Positions 9,232 to 18,144 of a DNA stretch of 64,000 nt are shown here, one piece after another. Location: positions 4,082 to 68,081 of the forward strand of contig CAYQZD010000004.1 in the NCBI GenBank assembly GCA_964421875.1. Direction: 5' to 3'. Under the pieces are notes generated by a model. It was not told the DNA's origin and did no database searches. It saw nothing but the letters and a program-made list of their open reading frames with translations. Origin of the DNA: an uncultured bacterium (GTDB taxonomy: Bacteria; Electryoneota; Tariuqbacteria; Tariuqbacterales; Tariuqbacteraceae). Made by a program: the position numbers and the translations under genes. The first letter of the stretch is position 1, and every line of letters begins with the position of its first letter.

Positions 9232-11253
9232 ATGAAGTTTAATACTTATTTACGTTTACTTATTGTTATCGCTCTTTGCAGCGTCGCAGTACTGGTGACT
9301 TCCTGCGGGAAAAAGGAAGTGGCGCTAATCCCCCGCGATGTGATTTTCGGCAATCCGGAGAAGGTATCGCCCCGGCTTTCCCCGGACGGGACGATGCTGG
9401 CTTACGTCGCGCCCTACGAAGGGGTGCTGAATGTCTGGGTCAGGACCATCGGCGAGGAGGACGACCGGGCGGTCACCAAGGACGACAACCGCGGCGTCCG
9501 GCGCTATTTTTGGGCGGAGGACAATCTGCGCATCCTCTACCTGCAGGATGTGGGCGGCAACGAGAATTGGCGGCTTTACGGGATTCACCTGGAGACCGAT
9601 TCGGTTAAGGATTACACCCCGTTCGATGAGGTTCAGGTTCGGATAGTGGACCGCAACAAGCATTTCCCCAACGAACTCTTGATATCGATGAACAAGGAGA
9701 ATATCCAGTTTCACGATGTTTATCATTTGGATTTGACCAGCGGGGAATTGAAGATGACGGCTCGGAATCCGGGCAATTACGTGGGCTGGGTGACGGACGC
9801 CGAGTTCAAGGTTCGGGGAGCTTTAGCCGCCAACGCTGAAGGGGGAATGGAGCTGATGGTTCGGGATAACGAGGAATCGACCTGGGAGAAGAAAATCGTC
9901 TGGGATCAGGACAACAGCCTCACCAGCGGGCCGGTGTGTTTCACTTTAGACGGCAAATCGATGATACTCATCGACTCGCGCGAGGTGAATGCGGGGAGGC
10001 TTATCAAGTATGAAATCAAGACTGGCGCCATTAGAATCATCGCCGAGGACCCCACTTACGACGTCAGCGACGCGATGATACATCCCGACACCTACGAGGT
10101 GCAGGCGGTGGCTTTCACCAAGGAGCGTGAGGTGTGGACCGTTCTGGACAGCGCTATCAAGGCGGATTTCGAAGTCATTTCCAAGCTGGACCGGGGTGAT
10201 TACGGCGTTAGCAGCCGGGACAACGCTGACAAGACCTGGCTGGTCTATTTCCGCGCCGACAATGGGCCTATCGCCTATTACGCTTACGACCGCGAGAGCA
10301 AAGCGGGGAAATTCCTGTTCCACCACCGTTCGGAATTGAACAATTATCTATTAGCGCCGATGGAGCCGATTTCTTTCGAATCCCGCGACGGCTTCACCAT
10401 TCACGGTTACATCACTTATCCTCCGGGCAAGGGCCGCAAGAACCTCCCGCTGGTGCTGAATGTTCATGGAGGACCTTGGTACCGGGACACCTGGGGCTAC
10501 TATCCCGAAGCGCAGTGGCTGGCGAACCGGGGCTATTGCTGCCTACAGGTTAATTTCCGAGGATCCACCGGCTACGGTAAGGAATTTTTGAACGCGGGCA
10601 ACAAGGAATGGGGCGGTAAAATGCAGAACGACCTCACCGACGCGGTGGAATGGGCAGTAGCTCAAGGTATCGCCGATGCGGAGCAGGTGGCGATATACGG
10701 CGGCTCCTACGGAGGCTACGCCGCGCTTGTGGGAGCGACCTTTACGCCGGACTTATACTGCTGCGCGGTGGACATAGTGGGACCCTGCAACCTCATCACC
10801 TTCATTCAGACCATTCCGCCTTACTGGATGCCGCTGATGAGCGTTTTTAAGAAGCGTGTAGGGGATTTGGAGACAGAAGAGGAAATGCTGTGGGAACGTT
10901 CGCCGCTGTCCAAGGCGGACAATATCAAAATACCGATGCTGATTGCGCAGGGCGCTAACGACCCTCGGGTAAATCAGGCGGAATCGGAACAGATTGTGAA
11001 GGCAATGGCGGACAAAGGGCTCGATTACGAATACCTGTTGTTCCCGGATGAAGGGCACGGTTTCGCTAAACCCGACAACCGCCTGGCTTACTATGCGTCG
11101 GCGGAACAGTTCCTGGCTAAACACCTGGGCGGCCGCTATGAAGAAGCGGGGCCTGAAGTTCAGAAAAAACTGGACGAGGTGAGGAGCGAACCTGCGGAGA
11201 CAGAAGAAGCAGAAGCCGAGGAAGAGACAGCAGAGGTTCCGGAAGAGGAATAG
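9232..11253 (+). CDS. S9 family serine peptidase (prolyl oligopeptidase/dipeptidyl aminopeptidase-like) lipoprotein
   Basis: 673 aa. Lipobox VTSCG. N-terminal beta-propeller-like region, C-terminal alpha/beta hydrolase with the GGSYGG nucleophile motif and DEGHGF. Strong RBS (GGGGGAGGAG). Confidence 0.85.
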   Translation: MKFNTYLRLLIVIALCSVAVLVTSCGKKEVALIPRDVIFGNPEKVSPRLSPDGTMLAYVAPYEGVLNVWVRTIGEEDDRAVTKDDNRGVRRYFWAEDNLRILYLQDVGGNENWRLYGIHLETDSVKDYTPFDEVQVRIVDRNKHFPNELLISMNKENIQFHDVYHLDLTSGELKMTARNPGNYVGWVTDAEFKVRGALAANAEGGMELMVRDNEESTWEKKIVWDQDNSLTSGPVCFTLDGKSMILIDSREVNAGRLIKYEIKTGAIRIIAEDPTYDVSDAMIHPDTYEVQAVAFTKEREVWTVLDSAIKADFEVISKLDRGDYGVSSRDNADKTWLVYFRADNGPIAYYAYDRESKAGKFLFHHRSELNNYLLAPMEPISFESRDGFTIHGYITYPPGKGRKNLPLVLNVHGGPWYRDTWGYYPEAQWLANRGYCCLQVNFRGSTGYGKEFLNAGNKEWGGKMQNDLTDAVEWAVAQGIADAEQVAIYGGSYGGYAALVGATFTPDLYCCAVDIVGPCNLITFIQTIPPYWMPLMSVFKKRVGDLETEEEMLWERSPLSKADNIKIPMLIAQGANDPRVNQAESEQIVKAMADKGLDYEYLLFPDEGHGFAKPDNRLAYYASAEQFLAKHLGGRYEEAGPEVQKKLDEVRSEPAETEEAEAEEETAEVPEEE

Positions 11254-11331
11254 CGCCGAACAGGCAATTAATTGTAATACAGTAATTTACCATTAGTTTG
11301 CTGTGATTGCAGGAAAATAGAGAGAGTTAAA

Positions 11332-11375
11332 GGGCGTCTCTGCGGAACTGAAGTTTTAGCGGGACGCCTTTTTTA
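11332..11375 (+). terminator. putative terminator hairpin (GGGCGTC ... GACGCC followed by TTTTTT)
   Basis: GC stem with a long loop followed by a T-run, downstream of the S9 peptidase. Confidence 0.4.
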
Positions 11376-11433
11376 GGAAGTGTCAAGTAACAAGTGTGAA
11401 AGTAACAAGTATATATAGCAGAAAAGGCAGACA

Positions 11434-12798
11434 TTGACAGACAACGAAGGGGACAAGAAAGACCTCAGCCTTAAAGAATCGCTGAGTATTTTATTCAGGG
11501 CTTCCAAGGGATTCTGGCTGGTAAATATGATAAACTTCGGGGACGGGATAGCGTATTTCGGGATACTGACACTGCTGACCCGTTTCTTGGGAACACGACT
11601 GGATTTGCCGGACACTACTACGGGCCTCAGCGTGTCGATGTATACGGGGATGGTGACGTTGTTTATGTTCGGCGGGGGATTTGTATCGGACAAGCTGGGA
11701 GTGCGGCGGGCTTTGGGCTGGTCGCTGTTCGTGATACTGCTGGGGCGGATACTGCTGGCGGGGGCGCCGATGGGATTGGAGGGGGGATTCGCCAAGTATT
11801 CGGCTTGGCTGGGATTATTGCTGGCGGCTTTGGGGACGGGAGTGCTGCAGCCGGCTCTATACGCCGGAGTCAAGGAGTACACCGATTCGCGCACCGCCAC
11901 CATCGGATATGGTCTGCTCTACTCTATTATGAACTTAGGGATTGTGGCGGAAACCTTTGTCTCGCCTTTCATCCGCACCGGAGGCACCTTTCTCAACCTG
12001 GGATTTACTGAAATCATCGGGCTGGGCTGGGGGATTGACGGGGTGTATTGGACGATGGTATCGGTGACTGGGCTGATGCTGTTCCTGCATCTTTCACTGT
12101 TCACACGGCGGGTGGAGGCTACCGACCGGCAGGTGGTTGAGGAGCCGCAGGTGGATAAACCTCAGTTTACGTTGAAGCAGCGGATAATGGAGCTGCCGTT
12201 TTTGGACCCGCATTTCATGTTTTTCATCTTCATTCTTCTGCCGGTCAGAACTATTTTCGCGCACGATTTCCTGACGATGCCGGACTATATTTTCCGGGAG
12301 TTTCCGGCGGAGGTGGGGGCGAAATTCGAATGGATACACGGTCTCAATCCGTTGATAATCGTGATATTCGTCCCGACCATCGCGGCTGCTACGCGCAAGG
12401 TGAAGATAATCAATATGATGATTATCGGGACCTTAATCACGGCGACCATACCGTTCATTTTAACGCCGGGACCGAGGCTTTGGACGCTGCTCACTTATGT
12501 TATCATCTACTCGCTGGGGGAAGCGGTTTGGTCATCGCGTTTCCTGGAGTATGTGGCGGATATGGCGCCCACGGGGAGGGTGGGGGCTTATATGGGGCTG
12601 GCGGGGATACCGTGGTTTATGGCGAAGTTCACCACGGGCTTTTATTCGGGATCGATGCTGGAGAAGTTCGTTCCGGAGAACGGTCCTCACGACAGCGGGA
12701 CGATGTGGGGGATATACGCCTGCATTGCGTTGATAAGCCCGATATGCCTGATTTTAATGAGAAAGTGGCTGGAAAAGGGGCGGCATACCAGTGGGTGA
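11434..12798 (+). CDS. MFS transporter, POT-like (degenerate PTR2 signature)
   Basis: 454 aa with about 12 TM helices. GGGFVSDKLGVRRALGWSLFVILLG resembles the PTR2_1 signature. The annotated start is TTG at 11434; a downstream ATG (MINFGDG) would truncate TM1. Confidence 0.6.
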   Translation: MTDNEGDKKDLSLKESLSILFRASKGFWLVNMINFGDGIAYFGILTLLTRFLGTRLDLPDTTTGLSVSMYTGMVTLFMFGGGFVSDKLGVRRALGWSLFVILLGRILLAGAPMGLEGGFAKYSAWLGLLLAALGTGVLQPALYAGVKEYTDSRTATIGYGLLYSIMNLGIVAETFVSPFIRTGGTFLNLGFTEIIGLGWGIDGVYWTMVSVTGLMLFLHLSLFTRRVEATDRQVVEEPQVDKPQFTLKQRIMELPFLDPHFMFFIFILLPVRTIFAHDFLTMPDYIFREFPAEVGAKFEWIHGLNPLIIVIFVPTIAAATRKVKIINMMIIGTLITATIPFILTPGPRLWTLLTYVIIYSLGEAVWSSRFLEYVADMAPTGRVGAYMGLAGIPWFMAKFTTGFYSGSMLEKFVPENGPHDSGTMWGIYACIALISPICLILMRKWLEKGRHTSG

Positions 12799-12837
12799 TT
12801 TTAGTGGTTGGTGGTTGGTGGTTGGTGATTAGTGTTT
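12794..12837. repeat. tandem heptamers (GTGATTT TAGTGGT TGGTGGT TGGTGAT TAGTGTT TGGTGGT) overlapping or following the stop of gene 11434-12798
   Basis: Direct reading; same TGGTGGT family as 8738-8832. Confidence 0.75.
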
Positions 12838-12921
12838 GGTGGTTATGTCGACTTGTGCGGTAGAAACAAACTTTTCGTTGCCACAGAATCGCTGTCCCAT
12901 AATGTTCGTAATTTTTGTAGA

Positions 12922-13590
12922 ATGTCCGATGAGGTTATGAAAACCGCTTATTACACATCGACTACAATTGATTCGTCGGCTCGAGCTATTCTGAATGAAA
13001 CTGCAGGATTAAGAAGATATCATGAATCCGGCTTAAAACTCGACGAATGCGCCCTGCTCATCATCGATATGCAGAGCTATTTCCTTGATGAACAATCGCA
13101 CGCCTTCGTCCCCAGCGCACTACCGATTGTGCCTCGTATCAAGCGTCTGGCGGAGTTATTCACCGCGCGCGGTCTGCCGGTAATCCTGACCAGACATTCC
13201 AACACCGGCGAGGACGCGAGGACGATGGGGAGCTGGTGGAGCGATTTGATACGCAGAGACGATATTCTAAGCGAAATAATCGCTGACTTCGATTTCGACA
13301 ATGCTTTAGTGGTAGATAAGACTCAATATGACTCATTCTACGGTACCAGGCTGAAAGAAATCCTGACGGACAGAAAGACCAAACAAGTTGTCATTACCGG
13401 CGTGTTGACTCACCTTTGCTGCGAAACCACCGCCCGTTCGGCGTTTATGCGGGGATTCAATGTAATATTCCCGGTCGATGGAACCGCCACTTACGATATT
13501 GGTTATCACAAAGCGACCTTTCTCAACGCTTCGCACGGGTTCGCAGTCCCGACACTCATCGACACTTTGATTAAACGATTCGATGGTTAG
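12922..13590 (+). CDS. isochorismatase-family cysteine hydrolase
   Basis: ALLIIDMQSYF and ITGVLTHLCCETTARSA are hallmark isochorismatase motifs. The ORF table starts at 12832; the ATG at 12922 (MSDEVMK) is preferred. Confidence 0.8.
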   Translation: MSDEVMKTAYYTSTTIDSSARAILNETAGLRRYHESGLKLDECALLIIDMQSYFLDEQSHAFVPSALPIVPRIKRLAELFTARGLPVILTRHSNTGEDARTMGSWWSDLIRRDDILSEIIADFDFDNALVVDKTQYDSFYGTRLKEILTDRKTKQVVITGVLTHLCCETTARSAFMRGFNVIFPVDGTATYDIGYHKATFLNASHGFAVPTLIDTLIKRFDG

Positions 13591-13600
13591 GGTTTGACCG

Positions 13601-14491
13601 ATGTACGAAGCTGCAATCATCGGCGGCGGGCCTGCGGGAATCGCAGCAGCCATACAACTGAGAAGATACTACATAAACCCGTTACTCTTAGAATACGGAG
13701 AAATCGGCGGTTTGCTGCTCAACGCCAACCTGGTGGAGAACTATCCGGGATTTGCCGAAGGCATTCCGGGAGTAGAATTAGTTGATTTATTCAGAATACA
13801 CTTGTTACAGGCGGACATCGAAGCGGTTCGCGAAAAAGTGACTTCGGTGGACTATGTAAAAGATAAATTTAGGATAGAAACGAATTCGGGAGTTTACGAA
13901 TCGAAAACGCTGGTAATCGCTTCCGGCACCAAAGCTAAGCCTTTCGACCTGCCTTACGATTCGGCGGAAATACTCCGAAAAGTCTATTCCGAAATATATC
14001 CGCTTATCGAAGAGAATGGTAAGACTTTTATCATTGTAGGCGGGGGGGACGCGGCTTTCGATTACGCCCTCAATTTAGCCCGGCGGAACAAGGTCTTTAT
14101 CCTCAATCGCAGCGGCACGGTCAAATGCAATGCGGTTTTGTGGGAACGGGCGTCGGAATCTGCGGATATCGAGTATCTTACACTCATCCAGCTGTCGGAT
14201 ATTCACTGTAAAGCAAACAGACTCGTCATAGTATGCCGGGAAAAATCCCATAACGCTGTTAGGTCATTGGAAGCTGACTATATTATCACCGCAGTTGGCA
14301 GAGAACCAAATCTGGACTTCATTGGAAGCGGATTTAAGGACAAAATCGAAGCATTATCTGCGAAGGGGCTGCTACATTTCGCCGGCGACGTCAGGAACGC
14401 GTTATACCGCCAAACCGCAATCTGCGTGGGTGACGGAGTGATGGCGGCGATGAGAATTAACAATATTTTACGGACCAAACTCCACCAATGA
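13601..14491 (+). CDS. thioredoxin-reductase-like FAD/NAD(P)-binding oxidoreductase (no CxxC redox motif seen)
   Basis: AIIGGGPAGIAAAIQL dinucleotide-binding motif and a second GGGDAAFDYA Rossmann motif. TrxB-like fold without the active-site cysteines. Sits 10 nt after the isochorismatase gene; its stop overlaps the next start (ATGA). Confidence 0.65.
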   Translation: MYEAAIIGGGPAGIAAAIQLRRYYINPLLLEYGEIGGLLLNANLVENYPGFAEGIPGVELVDLFRIHLLQADIEAVREKVTSVDYVKDKFRIETNSGVYESKTLVIASGTKAKPFDLPYDSAEILRKVYSEIYPLIEENGKTFIIVGGGDAAFDYALNLARRNKVFILNRSGTVKCNAVLWERASESADIEYLTLIQLSDIHCKANRLVIVCREKSHNAVRSLEADYIITAVGREPNLDFIGSGFKDKIEALSAKGLLHFAGDVRNALYRQTAICVGDGVMAAMRINNILRTKLHQ

Positions 14492-15438
14492 AGATATTAG
14501 GCAGCGTCGGTAACGAAGAAATCGCAACGGTTTACATCGCTGAAAACGAAACGGGGAGATTGTTGGAATTTGCGGAATCGGTTCAACCGCCCATTCCACT
14601 GGAGGATAAGTGGGTACTGCTGGTTTCGAGTCTTTACGGCTGTCCGGTGGGATGCAAGTTTTGCGATGCGGGGGAGTTTTACCGGGGAAAGCTCACCGCC
14701 GAGGAGATTTTCGCGCAAATCGACTATATGGTGAAGCGGCGGTTCCCTCAGAGGAAGATACCCGTTAAAAAATTTAAGATTCAATTCGCGCGGATGGGGG
14801 AACCGGCTTTGAATCCTAACGCGCTTGAAGTCCTGGAGCGGCTGCCGCGCCGTTACGATGCGCCGGGATTACTACCGACTTTATCGACTGTCGCGCCTTT
14901 GGGAACGGACGGTTTTTTTCAAGGCTTGTTGGAGATAAAAAAGGAAATGTATCCGTTAAACTTTCAGCTTCAATTCTCGGTCCACAGCACCGACGCGCGG
15001 GCTCGGGATGAATTAATTCCGGTGAAGAAATGGGATTTGGCGAAAATAGCGGAATACGGCGGGGATTTTTTCGATGCTGGAGGGCGGAAAATCACGTTGA
15101 ATTTCGCACTGGCGGAGGGCGCGCCGCTGGACTGCGATTTGCTAAGGGAAATGTTTTCAGTCGATAAGTTTTTGGTGAAATTCACCCCGGTCAATCCCAC
15201 GGTTCGCGCCTATTCGAACCGCATCGATTCCCGCATATCCCCCCATAACGCCGATTACGATTTTATCGGAAGGCTTCGCGATTTGGGATACGAGGTTATT
15301 TTAAGTATCGGGGAACTGGAGGAGAATAAAATCGGCAGCAATTGCGGTCAATACATCGGCGCTTATCTGCGTTCGGGAAAAACGCTGTCCGAAGGGTATG
15401 AATACCAGGTCGAATGGGATAGTCTGATTGGCGATTGA
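14488..15438 (+). CDS. radical SAM enzyme, RlmN/Cfr-like methyltransferase fold (short form lacking the RlmN N-terminal domain)
   Basis: CPVGCKFCDAG CxxxCxxC motif, preceded by VSS as in RlmN VSSQVGC. MGEPALN (RlmN MGMGEPL), TLSTV, and a C-terminal GSNCGQY matching the RlmN mCys355 region. The position equivalent to RlmN Cys118 is Leu. Confidence 0.65.
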   Translation: MKILGSVGNEEIATVYIAENETGRLLEFAESVQPPIPLEDKWVLLVSSLYGCPVGCKFCDAGEFYRGKLTAEEIFAQIDYMVKRRFPQRKIPVKKFKIQFARMGEPALNPNALEVLERLPRRYDAPGLLPTLSTVAPLGTDGFFQGLLEIKKEMYPLNFQLQFSVHSTDARARDELIPVKKWDLAKIAEYGGDFFDAGGRKITLNFALAEGAPLDCDLLREMFSVDKFLVKFTPVNPTVRAYSNRIDSRISPHNADYDFIGRLRDLGYEVILSIGELEENKIGSNCGQYIGAYLRSGKTLSEGYEYQVEWDSLIGD

Positions 15439-15547
15439 CGCTTAGCGGCAGGCGGCTTGTCCTCCTTGGACGGGAAAGAATCGATGGTAAACGACACTGG
15501 TATTAGCATCCTATAAATACAATCACCACAAACAATTCGGGGGAAAT

Positions 15548-16690
15548 ATGCGGGGAATATTCACTATCCGGAGGAGGTTGAAGCTCCTCCCTGCTCTATC
15601 GGCTGCAGCCGCAATGGCGTTGTTCGGGGGAGGGGCGGCTTGGGCAATGCCGAATATAGCGGTGGACTATGGACAGCATTGCGCATTATGCCATCACGAT
15701 CCATCGGGCGGAGGACCGCGGACATTGTATGGCAGTCAATTCGCGGCGCGGAATGAACTCGCCACCTGGACCGATCAGGAGTTGAACTTAGAGCAGGATT
15801 TCGATCCGCAATTGAACGACTGGCTGACGCTGGGAGCGGACCTGCGGATTCTCTACACTAATTTCGAGAATGCCCCTTCCAGCGGAACGCGGATTATGCA
15901 GGGGGCTTTGCATTTGACGGCTCAGCTTCATCCCAAATTCAAGTTCTATTTCAGCAAAGACTGGAACCTGGATTATCAGGCGGCGGCGATAGCGAACATC
16001 CTGCCCTGGGACGGCTATCTCAAGGCGGGGCGTTTCCTTCCGACCTACGGGATCAGGCCGGACGACCATACTACCTTTATTCGGGACGGATTGTTCGGAG
16101 GGGCGTTTTACACCGACACCGGGATTGAGGTTGGCTTTCAGCCGGAGGGCTGGGATTTCACCGCCGGATTGTTGAACGGGACTTCGAGCGGATTCAACGA
16201 TAACCGGCGTTATGCTTTGACTTTCCGCGGAGCGCGGCGGTTTCGAGCGGGGGATTTGAATCTGTTGGCGGGAGGTTCGCTGTATGGCGACGACTATGCA
16301 GACGAGGGCTGGGAAACGCTGTGGTACGGCGCTTTCTACGGATTCAGCTACCATGGATTCACCTACATCGGCGAGGTGGATATTACTGAAAACCACCCCT
16401 CCAGCTTGTATGATTTAGGGCTACCGGGTAATCCAAAGGGATTAGTCAGCTCCCAGGCGCTCTTCTATCAGGTATTCAGAGGATTCTACGCCAAGGCGGG
16501 GCACGATTTTCACGATTACAATATCGACTATGAAACGGGGTCGGCGCAGCGTTTCACCCTGGGAGCGCAGTGGTTTCCGCTGGGATTTTTAGAACTTCAA
16601 GCGAACCTAAGACTGCGGCAGACCAGCGATATAGACGGAGACACTAAAGATACGGTCGAATTCGACGCGCAAATTCATCTATTTTATTAA
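15548..16690 (+). CDS. fused monoheme c-type cytochrome / outer-membrane beta-barrel protein (Cyc2-like candidate)
   Basis: 380 aa. Signal peptide, then a single CALCH heme-binding motif about 45 aa in. The remaining ~330 aa have alternating hydrophobic/aromatic beta-strand character and a C-terminal HLFY aromatic end typical of OMP barrels. Confidence 0.45.
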   Translation: MRGIFTIRRRLKLLPALSAAAAMALFGGGAAWAMPNIAVDYGQHCALCHHDPSGGGPRTLYGSQFAARNELATWTDQELNLEQDFDPQLNDWLTLGADLRILYTNFENAPSSGTRIMQGALHLTAQLHPKFKFYFSKDWNLDYQAAAIANILPWDGYLKAGRFLPTYGIRPDDHTTFIRDGLFGGAFYTDTGIEVGFQPEGWDFTAGLLNGTSSGFNDNRRYALTFRGARRFRAGDLNLLAGGSLYGDDYADEGWETLWYGAFYGFSYHGFTYIGEVDITENHPSSLYDLGLPGNPKGLVSSQALFYQVFRGFYAKAGHDFHDYNIDYETGSAQRFTLGAQWFPLGFLELQANLRLRQTSDIDGDTKDTVEFDAQIHLFY

Positions 16691-17313
16691 TGGGGGACAA
16701 AATGTTAAATAGTTTTCCAATTCTGCTGACCGCCGCCCTCTTGACAGCGGCGGCTTTCGGGGGTGAAATCGTCTTCACGGTGGAGCCGGGCGACTACCAG
16801 AACGTAACATTTCACTCCAAAGCGCCGCTGGAATCATTCGAAGGTGTGACAAACCAAATTTTCGGCAGCATTCAGGTGAATCTGGACAGCCTGGCGGGAG
16901 CGTCAGCGGTAATCAAGGTGGATATGCAGGCGCTGGATACCGGTATCAATCTGCGAAATAAGCATATGCGCGACAACCATCTGCATACGGCGGATTATCC
17001 CTTCGCGGAATTCAGTTTAAAGCGGATTGAAGGCGCGGGGAACCTTAAAGAAGGGGAAGCGGTCGAGTTCAACGGCATTGGCGATTTTACACTGCACGGC
17101 GTCACGCGGGAGATTTCGGTTCCACTGAGGGTAAAATTCCTGACAGATGGGAGGGACACTCCGTTGGAAACGGCGGGTAACGCTCTTCATATCAAGGGAG
17201 AATTCCAGGTGAAATTGTCCGACTATGAGGTTCCGCGTCCGAAGTTTTTGGTGATGAAACTGAACGAAGTCCAGCGGGTGACGATTGAGTTGTGGGCGAA
17301 GGGGGGTGAGTAG
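16690..17313 (+). CDS. YceI-family periplasmic protein (polyisoprenoid/quinone-binding lipocalin-like)
   Basis: Signal peptide. VTFHSKAPLESFEGV matches the YceI signature. Alternative ATG at 16702 lies behind a GGGGGA RBS. Confidence 0.75.
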   Translation: MGDKMLNSFPILLTAALLTAAAFGGEIVFTVEPGDYQNVTFHSKAPLESFEGVTNQIFGSIQVNLDSLAGASAVIKVDMQALDTGINLRNKHMRDNHLHTADYPFAEFSLKRIEGAGNLKEGEAVEFNGIGDFTLHGVTREISVPLRVKFLTDGRDTPLETAGNALHIKGEFQVKLSDYEVPRPKFLVMKLNEVQRVTIELWAKGGE

Positions 17314-17314
17314 G

Positions 17315-17713
17315 ATGAGGCGGATGGCGTTCTTCTTGGCGGTGGCGGCGTTAGCGGCGTTTATCATCCTCTCCTGCGAAGATATGGGGGAAGATGTCGT
17401 CGTCTCCCCCAATGCGTCGGGAGATACCACGGACTGGGCGGAGGTCCAGCCCATATTCCAACAGCACTGCGTAAACTGCCATAATCCGTCTAATTTGGGC
17501 GGGGGATTGAACCTGGAAACTCACGCCGGAGTTCTGGCCGGGGGTAATCATGGAGCAGCGGTGGTTCCGGGGAATCCTGACGGGTCGCTACTGGTGCGGA
17601 CGCTGGAGGGGACTTCAGCCGAGGTATCGCAGATGCCGTTAGGGGCGCAGGCGCTTTCGGCTGCGCTAATCGCTGTGGTGCGGGATTGGATAGCTGACGG
17701 CGCGGGAGGGTAG
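17315..17713 (+). CDS. small c-type cytochrome lipoprotein with PSCyt1-type domain
   Basis: ATG at 17315 (MRRMAFFLAVAALAAFIILSCE lipobox) one nt after the YceI stop. CVNCHNPSNLGGGLNLETHAGVLAGGNHGAAVVPGNPDGSLLVRTL matches the PSCyt1 pattern CxxCH...LxL...GG..G..VPG.P..S.L. Confidence 0.7.
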   Translation: MRRMAFFLAVAALAAFIILSCEDMGEDVVVSPNASGDTTDWAEVQPIFQQHCVNCHNPSNLGGGLNLETHAGVLAGGNHGAAVVPGNPDGSLLVRTLEGTSAEVSQMPLGAQALSAALIAVVRDWIADGAGG

Positions 17714-17715
17714 GC

Positions 17716-17838
17716 TGCGACTTTCGATTTGTGATTTGCGATTTGCGATTTGCGATTTGGGAAAGGGGGATTTGATATTTTGGGGTCGATTGTTTAGATT
17801 AGATAGACTTGCGATTTGTGATTTGTGATTTGTGATTG
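17716..17838. repeat. two blocks of (GATTTGC/GATTTGT)n tandem heptamers (17716-17760 and 17808-17838) after the stop of gene 17315-17713, followed by a G-rich tract and a TTAAGCGGATT/AATCCGCTTAA inverted repeat
   Basis: Direct reading. Confidence 0.8.
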
Positions 17839-17946
17839 GGGAATGGATGGGGATGGTGGTGGGAACAATTGAGATTCACAGGGAATTAAGCGGATTAAGC
17901 AGATTAGGAGGCTGAAAAATCCGCTTAATTGGGTAACATTTACTGA

Positions 17947-18029
17947 TATGAAGTGTATTCGTCATTCTGGCTGCGAAGCAAGCCAGAATCCCTCTTCTCC
18001 CGAATGACACTGTATTTACGACTTCATAA
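17947..18029. repeat. MITE-like element copy C (reverse orientation, missing the first hairpin)
   Basis: ATGAAGTGTATTCGTCATTCTGGCTGCGAAGCAAGCCAGAATCCCTCTTCTCCCGAATGACACTGTATTTACGACTTCATA. Confidence 0.65.
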
Positions 18030-18144
18030 CACCAAAAGTCTTACATTTACAGATATAATTATAGAATAAACATAACCAAGGAGAATCAAACTGGAAACGC
18101 AAACTCCCATCAAGATTAAGAAGAAACACCCGCCGGGTCTGCCG

